This document shows, piece after piece, positions 1 through 6,939 of a stretch of 44,262 nt of DNA. Every line of letters begins with the position of its first letter. Within the stretch, counting starts at the first letter, position 1. The notes beneath the pieces were generated by a model. That model worked only from the letters and a program-made list of their open reading frames with translations, had not been told where the DNA came from and did no database searches. The stretch covers positions 1 to 44,262 of IMG/VR virus record IMGVR_UViG_3300020429_000539. One strand, written 5' to 3'. The translations under genes were made by a program, and so were the position numbers. This DNA is from a virus. Lineage: Duplodnaviria > Heunggongvirae > Uroviricota > Caudoviricetes.

Positions 1-123
1 TCTGTAGGTGGTTCTGTAGGTGGTTCTGTAGGTGGTTCTGTAGGTGGTTCTGTAGGTGGTTCTGTAGGTGGTTCTGTAGGTGGTTCTGTAGGTGGTTCTG
101 TAGGTGGTTCTGTAGGTGGTTCT
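1..123. repeat. Perfect 12-bp tandem repeat (TCTGTAGGTGGT), 10 copies, coding EPPT
   Basis: Directly visible; truncated by the window start. Confidence 0.98.
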
Positions 124-200
124 ACCACATCATTAGGCACAAACACCAGCTTGATGTCGCCTTGAGGGGTGGAAAGGATGATAAATTCGTATTGCTCCAT
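1..200 (-). CDS. Partial CDS (runs off left edge) with EPPT tandem repeat linker
   Basis: ATG at 200 preceded by AAGGAG; reads MEQYEFIILSTPQGDIKLVFVPNDVV then (EPPT)n, open to the window edge; not in the ORF track. Confidence 0.8.
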   Translation of the reverse strand, partial: MEQYEFIILSTPQGDIKLVFVPNDVVEPPTEPPTEPPTEPPTEPPTEPPTEPPTEPPTEPPTEPPT

Positions 201-314
201 AAAGTAACTCCTTTTGCATGAGCTACTTACATCTTCATGGAGCCATTCTACCTGCCTTCACTGTATACAGTGATTGGAGGGGTCATTGCCACTTTATCTG
301 GAAAGATTGCAGAT

Positions 315-350
315 AAAAAAGACCCACAACTCTGTTTAGAGTCGTAGGCC
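315..350 (-). terminator. Intrinsic terminator closing the Pro/His/Met tRNA operon
   Basis: Minus strand GGCCTACGACTCT-AAAC-AGAGTTGTGGGTC followed by TTTTTT. Confidence 0.8.
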
Positions 351-388
351 TCTTGCTTTTTGTCCTGAGAAGCAAGTAAAAACTCGAA

Positions 389-462
389 TAGCGGGAGGCA
401 GATTCGAACTGCCGACCTCTTGGTTATGAGCCAAGCGAGCTACCAGACTGCTCCATCCCGCA
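389..462 (-). tRNA. tRNA-Met(CAT), initiator-like
   Basis: Cloverleaf TGCGGGA...CTTGG-CTCATAA-CCAAG...GTTCGAAT...TCCCGCTA; 1:72 mismatch; no encoded CCA. Confidence 0.9.
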
Positions 463-477
463 AACTAGGTTTTGAAA

Positions 478-551
478 TAGCGGAGGAGAGATTCGAACTC
501 TCATCGGATGGCTTATGAAACCAACGCTGGTCCTGTCCAGTCTACTCCGCG
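478..551 (-). tRNA. tRNA-Met(CAT), divergent
   Basis: CGCGGAG/CTCCGCT acceptor, loop TTCATAA, T-loop GTTCGAAT. Confidence 0.8.
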
Positions 552-621
552 ATCGATTGTACCCTCTGCCTTGACTGTCGGGCTCATGGGGTAAGCCAAG
601 ACAGAGGGAACTATTGGTAAG

Positions 622-749
622 GGATGCCGGTGGGACTCGAACCCACATCACTCGCTCCACATGCGATAACCGTCTGATCAATCGGCTCATATGAGCAAGT
701 TAGCGAACGACGACTGTATAAGCGCTTTACCAATTAAGCTACAGCATCC
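622..749 (-). tRNA. tRNA-His(GTG)-like gene with a 55-nt insertion (666-720) in the anticodon stem
   Basis: G-1:C73 pair, GATGCTG/CGGCATC acceptor, D arm GCTT-AATTGGTA-AAGC; removing 666-720 gives CTCGC-ATGTGGA-GCGAG and a normal T arm. Confidence 0.75.
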
Positions 750-753
750 ATTT

Positions 754-825
754 TAGCAAGTAAGTTGCGAAACAAGGGGTTCTAAACATGATAAGTGTTG
801 TTAACCTTGAATCTTCGACTTGCTA
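754..825 (-). ncRNA. Y-RNA-like small structured RNA, copy A
   Basis: Terminal stem TAGCAAGT/ACTTGCTA with GTCGAAG...CTTAC bulged helix; inner CAAGG/CCTTG stem. Confidence 0.55.
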
Positions 826-832
826 TGTATTG

Positions 833-911
833 TATCGGACGAGTAAGTGGGTGGGCATCGGGGTTTCACAGTTTCAAGATGTTAACCGATGACCTTCGAC
901 TCTATCCGATA
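833..911 (-). ncRNA. Y-RNA-like small structured RNA, copy B
   Basis: TATCGGA..GAGTCGAAG...CTTACTC.TCCGATA; inner CATCGG/CCGATG stem; shares GGTTAACA and AACCCC with copy A. Confidence 0.55.
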
Positions 912-913
912 AA

Positions 914-988
914 TCAGAGTGGAGGGATTCGAACCCCCGACCTCCTCCGTCCAAGGGAGGCGCGCTGACCAAACTGCGCCACACTCTG
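914..988 (-). tRNA. tRNA-Pro(TGG)
   Basis: CAGAGTG/CACTCTG acceptor; CCTCC-CTTGGAC-GGAGG anticodon arm. Confidence 0.92.
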
Positions 989-1029
989 CAAAACGATGCT
1001 CTTTACTTGTCAAAGATGCAACAAATAAG

Positions 1030-1104
1030 TCGGAGTAGTCAGATTCGAACTGACGACCTTTTGTCCCCCAGACAAACGCGCTAACCAAGCTGCGCCATAC
1101 TCCG
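1030..1104 (-). tRNA. tRNA-Pro(GGG)
   Basis: CGGAGTA/TACTCCG; TTTGT-CTGGGGG-ACAAA. Confidence 0.93.
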
Positions 1105-1106
1105 AT

Positions 1107-1299
1107 TTGAACAGGTAAGGGATGCCAAGGAAGAATCCAGCAGATATTTAGGTGGTCCCCAGCAAGCTGGGAAGCGGCTTAGATTAACCCCTGGCTCTGC
1201 TGACTATAAGGTACTATGTCCCTTATAGTTTACCAAGGAATCTTCGCCGTAACTTAGGACCGTCCGTGTATGATAATCCTTTAGCTTCGACCTGTTCAA
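1107..1299 (-). ncRNA. Long Y-RNA-like structured RNA, copy C
   Basis: TTGAACAGGTCGAAG...CTTACCTGTTCAA closing stem with the same bulged motif; internal hairpins ACTATAAGG/CCTTATAGT and CCCAGC/GCTGGG. Confidence 0.5.
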
Positions 1300-1484
1300 T
1301 ATTCAGTTTTCAAATCCATGTTGAGCTTTTTCAGACTCAACAGGATGCAACCTTCGGTCCAGCCTATACTGGCGTAGCCGGACCTCCACTTGCGCCAACA
1401 TTTCGTAACAGATGATCCAGTAAGGGCCAGAGTCTTCTGGGTCTGTTCTACTGTTGGCTTGGAACGCCTTTCGTTGTTCCTAAG

Positions 1485-1559
1485 TCAAGGTGAGAGGATT
1501 CGAACCTCCGGCCTTCTGGTCCCAAACCAGACGCTCTAACCAAGCTGAGCTACACCCTG
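1485..1559 (-). tRNA. tRNA-Pro(TGG), second copy
   Basis: TCTGG-TTTGGGA-CCAGA anticodon arm, canonical D and T arms. Confidence 0.93.
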
Positions 1560-1563
1560 ATTT

Positions 1564-1770
1564 TTAATACTGCCTTTCTTTATAGCAGTTTATCGGTGCC
1601 TGAATATCTTCAGACTTCAGATTCCTGAGTTGTTCTTTTACATCCTTCGGCAAGGCGAGATAAGTTTCGCCTGGTCGAATGTCTTCTGGTCTCTTGCAAC
1701 TGATGAAACGTAGCATACGAATACGCTCCATCACTTCATACATTGTTTTCTTCGGCGTTGTATCGATCAT
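1564..1770 (-). CDS. Small hypothetical protein between tRNAs
   Basis: 68-aa ORF (MIDTTPKK...) filling the spacer; the longer listed ORF overlaps a tRNA. Confidence 0.5.
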   Translation of the reverse strand: MIDTTPKKTMYEVMERIRMLRFISCKRPEDIRPGETYLALPKDVKEQLRNLKSEDIQAPINCYKERQY

Positions 1771-1778
1771 CTTTCCAA

Positions 1779-1852
1779 TCAGAGAGACACGAGTTGAACG
1801 TGCGACCTTCTGGCCCCGAACCAGACGCTCTACCAAGCTGAGCTACTCTCTG
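1779..1852 (-). tRNA. tRNA-Pro(CGG)
   Basis: TCTGG-TTCGGGG-CCAGA; CAGAGAG/CTCTCTG acceptor. Confidence 0.92.
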
Positions 1853-1853
1853 T

Positions 1854-1879
1854 ATTCTAGCAACTACAGGTTTCACCTG
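1854..1879 (-). promoter_or_regulatory. Repeated phage promoter-like motif CAGGTGAAA-N11-TAGAAT
   Basis: One of about 11 copies with fixed spacing. Confidence 0.6.
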
Positions 1880-2019
1880 CAAGTATCTGGATTATTTCGT
1901 GGCTGGGTAGGCCGCTGTGTTCATTGTCGGCATAAACACAATACCTTCGTAGACTTTCACACGCAAAGCGTGAGATTCTCCGAAGGACCAGATTTTGATT
2001 GTTGCGGGTGCGGACGGAC

Positions 2020-2127
2020 TCAGAGAGTCGCGGGTCCATCCTTCGGAACAGAGCGCGACACGATCCCTGAGCCCCTTGTAGGGACTGTGCCATTTGGCAT
2101 CGGGATGTTGGGGTTGCGTGTCTGCAT
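2020..2127 (-). CDS. Putative Pro-rich leader peptide (35 aa, MQTRNPNIPMPNGTVPTRGSGIVSRSVPKDGPATL)
   Basis: GGAG SD; lies between a sigma70 promoter and the tRNA-Pro cluster; 6 Pro codons covering CCC, CCG, CCA, CCT. Confidence 0.6.
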   Translation of the reverse strand: MQTRNPNIPMPNGTVPTRGSGIVSRSVPKDGPATL

Positions 2128-2163
2128 TCTATTCTCCGAGCCCTCAGAGGGGCATGAAGGGCA

Positions 2164-2191
2164 AGTATAACCCTCATACGAAGGCTGTCAA
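2164..2191 (-). promoter_or_regulatory. sigma70-type promoter TTGACA-N16-TATACT
   Basis: Near-consensus hexamers just downstream of a terminator. Confidence 0.75.
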
Positions 2192-2214
2192 TCCATCTCC
2201 TTCAAAAATCTGCC

Positions 2215-2261
2215 CAAAAAGAGCAAAAAGATAGGCGGCTCCAAACAGAAGCCGCCCATCT
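2215..2261 (-). terminator. Intrinsic terminator after the NAD gene operon
   Basis: AGATGGGCGGCTTC-TGTTT-GGAGCCGCCTATCT then T-runs. Confidence 0.8.
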
Positions 2262-2281
2262 GTGGGAGAGAAGAGACAGGT

Positions 2282-2920
2282 TTAGGTATTTACGTCTCGC
2301 GGCAGGTCTTTCATATCCGTGATTCCATGCTGTTCACGAATTTGGGTTGAACTGAGACCCAGCAAAGCTTCGTCAGGTGTTTCGCCTCGCAAGCAGTTCA
2401 TCGGCAAGCGACCATTGAACTCGCGATGATTGTGGAGTCCAAGGCGTTCTCCGTTCATTTCTCGGTCATACACGATGAACTTACCATTGATGCCTTGGAT
2501 GCCTGCAACACCATGATGCTGCAACAGCTTGACAGCGTTGTCAATGCCAATGTGAAACGTAATTGACCAGTGACAAAGAACGCCTGATTTTTGCATGAAG
2601 TAAGGCCATCGGTTTACGAGGATACTCCCCATACCGTTTGTTTGCTCAAGCCGAGGCCGCAATGACTCAAGACTCAGGAACTCTTTGTCGATGCGCTCGA
2701 TAGCGATTTCAAAGTGCTTTTCTCGGGCATCAATTTTGTTATACAAGGCACGATGCGCAGCATGCATCGGATTGAAACTGCCAGGTACGAGATGAATGAA
2801 ACCAGTCTTGAATGGAGACTGGTCTTTATAGACAGGCAGAATCTCTCCATCTCGCCACACGAAGGCGAACAGAGAATCTGCGATGACACGAGAATACGCT
2901 TCTTCGAGGGAAAGGCTCAT
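2282..2920 (-). CDS. NadD-like (HIGH-class) nucleotidyltransferase, putative NMN/NaMN adenylyltransferase
   Basis: PGSFNPMHAAH and SSTQIR motifs; ATGA overlap with the upstream gene. Confidence 0.7.
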   Translation of the reverse strand: MSLSLEEAYSRVIADSLFAFVWRDGEILPVYKDQSPFKTGFIHLVPGSFNPMHAAHRALYNKIDAREKHFEIAIERIDKEFLSLESLRPRLEQTNGMGSILVNRWPYFMQKSGVLCHWSITFHIGIDNAVKLLQHHGVAGIQGINGKFIVYDREMNGERLGLHNHREFNGRLPMNCLRGETPDEALLGLSSTQIREQHGITDMKDLPRDVNT

Positions 2921-3612
2921 ACTGACGCCTCCATTGTTCGTCGCTCGACCCATGTTGGGCCTTCAATCCATGGGTTGTCAGCGACATCGTATGTGCCATC
3001 GTCGTTCAGTGTGTAGTCCGTGATGGTCTCGCCTTCTCCGAGCCATGCAAACTTGATGTCGTCCATCAGGACGGCGAGAGCGGCCATCGTAATCTTGGCA
3101 TCTTCCATCTCTCTGACGGCCTCCACACGACCTTGAGCAGCAAGCTCAGCGTAACCTTGTTCGTCGGCCTTGCTGAGACTAAGTTGGACACGGCGCTCTT
3201 GATTGGTCTTGGGATTGAACATCCAAATCCAAGCTTCGTTGACTCCGCGACGATAGCGGGTCGTCGTAATGCTTGCATTGATGACCAGGAGCCTCGCGTC
3301 AGGACTCGCCAGCGCGTTCGCATTGATCAGTGCGTTGAGGTATAGCTCGGTTGCCACAGGGCCAACAAAAGCGACATGACCCGTGGTCAATGGATTTTCC
3401 ATTCCTTTTGGAAGCGCCTGTTGCGTAAACTGAATCGATTTGGCTTGGTTGTAGGGGATGAAGATGTCATTGAGAACGCTACTCGCGCCAGGCAGTTTGC
3501 CGATGTCACCGAATGCGAAACCACCACCCGTAATCATCGCAGAGATGCGCTGACCTTCCGATGTCTCGGCCCATTGTTCTTTGAATCGACGGATAGCAGA
3601 ATGATGATTCAT
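2917..3612 (-). CDS. CinA C-terminal/PncC-like protein
   Basis: ITGGG...LPGASSV...PY motif resembling the CinA-C TGG/PGAS signature; adjacent to NadD-like gene. Confidence 0.55.
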   Translation of the reverse strand: MNHHSAIRRFKEQWAETSEGQRISAMITGGGFAFGDIGKLPGASSVLNDIFIPYNQAKSIQFTQQALPKGMENPLTTGHVAFVGPVATELYLNALINANALASPDARLLVINASITTTRYRRGVNEAWIWMFNPKTNQERRVQLSLSKADEQGYAELAAQGRVEAVREMEDAKITMAALAVLMDDIKFAWLGEGETITDYTLNDDGTYDVADNPWIEGPTWVERRTMEASV

Positions 3613-3620
3613 GTTGGTTC

Positions 3621-4334
3621 CTATACGACCATGGGTTCAATGTGGGACCGCGATATCTGTTTCGCATGCTGAAGCTCAGCGCCTCCCCACATAAAGACCA
3701 AGAAGGCAATCAGAATGATCATGGGGTCAAACTCAACGATGCCCCATACAGCAAAGCCAGCGCAAGCTACTACGCTGACATATCTTGCGATGTATGTTGC
3801 TCTGAGATGACTGGTAAAGAACTTGCATGTTGAGCGAAGAAGCCTTCCTCCGTCCATTGGAAAAGCAGGCACCAAGTTGAACACGAGCAGGATAAGATTA
3901 ATCTTCCACATCGCGAGAAGAATAGTAGAAGGCAGGGGATTGAGGGGTACATAGGTATAGAGATGCCATGCGGCAACAAACAAGAAGGCGCTAACCATCA
4001 GGCCGCCCATCGTGATGAAGAACTCTTCCTTGGCTGTCCACAGGCTTTTGCGCTTGTTTTCGCCGATATTTGCCAGCCCACCGAAGATATAGATGGTTAT
4101 GTCAGGTGTTGAAAAGTTGTAGTATTTTGCCATGAGAATGTGACCAAACTCATGCAGCAGCACAGATACAAGCAGGACTAGCAAGACAATATAGGTCGCA
4201 ATCAGATAAGCGAAACCCTTGCCAGAGAAAATCGTTACCAAGCAGATAACCGCGAACAGCAGCAAGAACGTCCAGTTGATATGAACGGTCGTCCCAAACC
4301 ACTTGCCAAGATAGAGGGCGCGATTGCGAATCAT
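3621..4334 (-). CDS. Site-2 protease, M50 family membrane metalloprotease
   Basis: HEFGH and NLVPAFPMDGG motifs, multiple TM segments. Confidence 0.9.
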   Translation of the reverse strand: MIRNRALYLGKWFGTTVHINWTFLLLFAVICLVTIFSGKGFAYLIATYIVLLVLLVSVLLHEFGHILMAKYYNFSTPDITIYIFGGLANIGENKRKSLWTAKEEFFITMGGLMVSAFLFVAAWHLYTYVPLNPLPSTILLAMWKINLILLVFNLVPAFPMDGGRLLRSTCKFFTSHLRATYIARYVSVVACAGFAVWGIVEFDPMIILIAFLVFMWGGAELQHAKQISRSHIEPMVV

Positions 4335-5911
4335 GCTGCGCCTGCGGTCTGCATTTTCAAAAGCTCAGGAAGTTCAGCGCGTTCCCGAACCTGCTGAAAT
4401 GTCCATTCTTGGACAACTTCGCCATCGCGGAAGACTTCGACCAACAGGTCTCCACCAAAGTCATTGGGATTCTCTTCGAGCGTGTTGATGGTTCGAAGCG
4501 TGCCGTTGTCGTTGACAAGAGCGAGGAGGCCACGCTTGCTCTTCTTGCTCGAACCAGTCTTCGGGTCTTTGTAGACCTCATAGCCCTGTCCATTGATTTC
4601 GCTGTAGCAGGCCTTGAACGCACAGGCGTAGGTGTCACGATTCATCTTCTGCAACAGTGCGCCGCCACTGCCGAAGGCAAGGTTCTCAGCCGACCAACCT
4701 GCGTCCATGACGGCTTGCAAGATATCGCGGAGGCTTCGCCAGTTGATACCGTCGCCTTGGATGACACGAATGGAATCGTGCAGAACCTTGAAACCCTTGG
4801 CGTTCTCAGTGTACCCGAACTTTTCGCCAAGGACTTCAAGAACCTTTGGAACGATTTCGGTAGGCTCGCCAGAGTCAGGTCGAACCACAAGAACACCCTC
4901 GCGTTCCATGATTTGCTCACGAAGCTCGCCACCCCACACGTTTTCGCAGAGTCCGAACAGGTCGTAAGAGTCAGAAACACAGGCAACGAAGCCGGTCGGG
5001 AACTGGTCGAGCAAACGCTTGCAGACTTCTCGTTCGCCCTCCGGTCCCTTGATGGTCATGATGGAATGCTCGGTGGCGGGGATACTGAAACCACTCATCG
5101 TTTCGCTGTAGAACTTATCCCAGGCAGCAAACGAGTCATCAGCGTCCCAGTCGGAATGGGGTCCGATGCCATTGCGGTCGTATTCGAGCAGATGTTCAAA
5201 CGTATCACCCTGGTAGAACTGTGTTGTCAGTTCGATGGCAGCCATGGTGTCGGTGCCTGCGAAGTTGACAAGATGCGCTGCGCCGCCAATAGCCGCGCTT
5301 TCGACGCTCGACACGCCTCGGTACCCGAAGTCATGCAGACGACTCGGCATGAGAATAGGAATCATCTCATCCGTCGCGGTCTTTTGCATGAACTCGAAAA
5401 TGGTCTGCTTGCAAGAGCGAGACAGAGAGGCGACAGTCATCGGATACCAGACTTGGACGAGGACTGTTTCGAGAAAGTTCGTGAGCCATGCGCATTCGGA
5501 GTCGGTGTTTTCGATCATCATCAGCACGTTGGACGAGGGAACAACGGTTCCTTCGGGTACGGCGCGAATCGTAACCGGCAGTTTCCCACCGTGCTTCTTG
5601 ATGATATGACGCCAGCCCTCAGCATTGAAAATGCTTTCGTTGCCCATGAAGTGATGCTTGCAGAAAGCTCGGATGCGAGGCAGGTCTTGGTAGCTAACCA
5701 CGCCGCCTCGGAAGAATCGCTTCAAGAAGTATTGCAATCCAAAGAACACGGTTTCATCCGCGAACTCGGCACCTGCTCGGGCCTCGAAGTATGAGACCAG
5801 TCGCTCAACGCCATCGACGTAGATGCGATGATGGGAAATCTTGTAGCTGTCCGTAAAGTTGGGCAGCGAAAGATGAAGGCCATTCATGAGCATAACTGGT
5901 TCTCCTGTCAA
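4331..5911 (-). CDS. nadV: Nicotinamide phosphoribosyltransferase (NAMPT)
   Basis: TDSYKISH, LHDFGYRG, SIPATEHS, VSDSYD, VRPDSG, IQGDG, FGSGG motifs. Confidence 0.93.
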   Translation of the reverse strand: MTGEPVMLMNGLHLSLPNFTDSYKISHHRIYVDGVERLVSYFEARAGAEFADETVFFGLQYFLKRFFRGGVVSYQDLPRIRAFCKHHFMGNESIFNAEGWRHIIKKHGGKLPVTIRAVPEGTVVPSSNVLMMIENTDSECAWLTNFLETVLVQVWYPMTVASLSRSCKQTIFEFMQKTATDEMIPILMPSRLHDFGYRGVSSVESAAIGGAAHLVNFAGTDTMAAIELTTQFYQGDTFEHLLEYDRNGIGPHSDWDADDSFAAWDKFYSETMSGFSIPATEHSIMTIKGPEGEREVCKRLLDQFPTGFVACVSDSYDLFGLCENVWGGELREQIMEREGVLVVRPDSGEPTEIVPKVLEVLGEKFGYTENAKGFKVLHDSIRVIQGDGINWRSLRDILQAVMDAGWSAENLAFGSGGALLQKMNRDTYACAFKACYSEINGQGYEVYKDPKTGSSKKSKRGLLALVNDNGTLRTINTLEENPNDFGGDLLVEVFRDGEVVQEWTFQQVRERAELPELLKMQTAGAA

Positions 5912-6297
5912 TCGTCTGCATCACTCTTGAGTGTTGACAGCCGATTTAGTGGTGTTTCGGATGGGATTGAATCGATAGACTGCAACGCCTGCGAGATATG
6001 CCCGAACATCAGCGTCAGGTTTGTATCGTAACAGTCTGTTGAGGTTGTATCGCTGCTGTGAACACGAACGTATGTATTACCAGCAGCGGACTGCATTTCT
6101 TCGAGTTTCGTGATATTCCACACGGGAATAGCGGTTGTAGAATACGGGTCGTCGCCGAGCCATACATCAATCGTCAGAAAGCCATTGTTCACAGAGTATG
6201 AGTACGACTTACCTGATTCGATAGGGTCGCAGCTAACAAGCAGCATTACGGTTGAGAAGAGGACTAGAGTCAATCCGATTCGGGCAAGCTGTGTCAT
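5908..6297 (-). CDS. Hypothetical lipoprotein
   Basis: Hydrophobic signal ending in lipobox-like LLVSC. Confidence 0.6.
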   Translation of the reverse strand: MTQLARIGLTLVLFSTVMLLVSCDPIESGKSYSYSVNNGFLTIDVWLGDDPYSTTAIPVWNITKLEEMQSAAGNTYVRVHSSDTTSTDCYDTNLTLMFGHISQALQSIDSIPSETPLNRLSTLKSDADD

Positions 6298-6316
6298 GTC
6301 TTATGGCCTCAGCCCC

Positions 6317-6342
6317 ATTATCTATGTGGCTTGTTTCACCTG
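6317..6342 (-). promoter_or_regulatory. CAGGTGAAA-N11-GATAAT promoter-like motif
   Basis: Repeated motif upstream of the lipoprotein-NAMPT operon. Confidence 0.55.
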
Positions 6343-6918
6343 CAAATTGGGCAGAATGCACGAATGATCAATTCCCTGCCGTTTTTCTGCGTCCACTTGA
6401 TGCAGAAACCATGACAAGGGGTCTCGCTTTTTTCCTTCAACGCATGAATCAATGATGTTGAAAAGAATGAAAGTTCGCAGGTCTTCGATTGCATCAAGCA
6501 TTTCTGTCATGCGCTCATTGATGTCGTGACCCTTCCTGTGCTTGCGATACAGCGAGTATGGCTCATCATGTCGTTGCACCATCTCAAGCAGGTCGTGGTC
6601 ATCGATAAAGTGCGACAGAAAGTCTTTTGCAAGAGATGCATGACTGTATGGATGCATGATGGGAACACCTGGTCTGGCATGCACTTTGAGCGTATCGTGC
6701 GCATGAATCAGAAGCCTCAGTTTGGCTTCTTCTTTTTCCGAGATGTTCACTCTTTTCTTGAGACGTTCAAGGTTGCGTTCGAGTTCTTCGATATGCAACC
6801 CGATTTTGCCCTCAGGGTGCCCTCCGCGTGGTTTACCCCATTCCACACCTGCCTTATAGGTTGTGTGGTCTTGCATGGCTTTGAGCGCCTCCACTAGGGC
6901 GACAACTTCTTTGCTCAT
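6322..6918 (-). CDS. HD-domain phosphohydrolase
   Basis: GHPEG...H, HAHDTLK, H...HDE...D pattern. Confidence 0.7.
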   Translation of the reverse strand: MSKEVVALVEALKAMQDHTTYKAGVEWGKPRGGHPEGKIGLHIEELERNLERLKKRVNISEKEEAKLRLLIHAHDTLKVHARPGVPIMHPYSHASLAKDFLSHFIDDHDLLEMVQRHDEPYSLYRKHRKGHDINERMTEMLDAIEDLRTFILFNIIDSCVEGKKRDPLSWFLHQVDAEKRQGIDHSCILPNLQVKQAT

Positions 6919-6939
6919 AGTGAGATGCTCCTGTTGGAA

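Noticed and set aside
1-123. CRISPR array
   Set aside because: Head-to-tail 12-mers without spacers, in frame within a CDS
666-720. Group I or archaeal BHB intron in tRNA-His
   Set aside because: Far too short for group I, not at a canonical position, and I see no clear bulge-helix-bulge
424-1088. Listed ORFs 424-690 and 882-1088
   Set aside because: They are translations of tRNA and structured-RNA sequence
1234-1263. A true rRNA gene fragment
   Set aside because: Similarity is limited to about 30 nt with indels and the flanks are not rRNA-like; kept only as a possible mimic
1857-2177. 106-aa ORF upstream of the tRNA-Pro cluster
   Set aside because: Its start lies inside the promoter spacer with no SD; the 35-aa ORF in another frame has a proper SD
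4409-5794. Long plus-strand ORFs (461 aa here; also 20034-20804, 29366-30031, 32107-32790, 36939-37673, 43329-44159)
   Set aside because: They are antisense shadows of well-supported minus-strand genes and have no recognisable motifs
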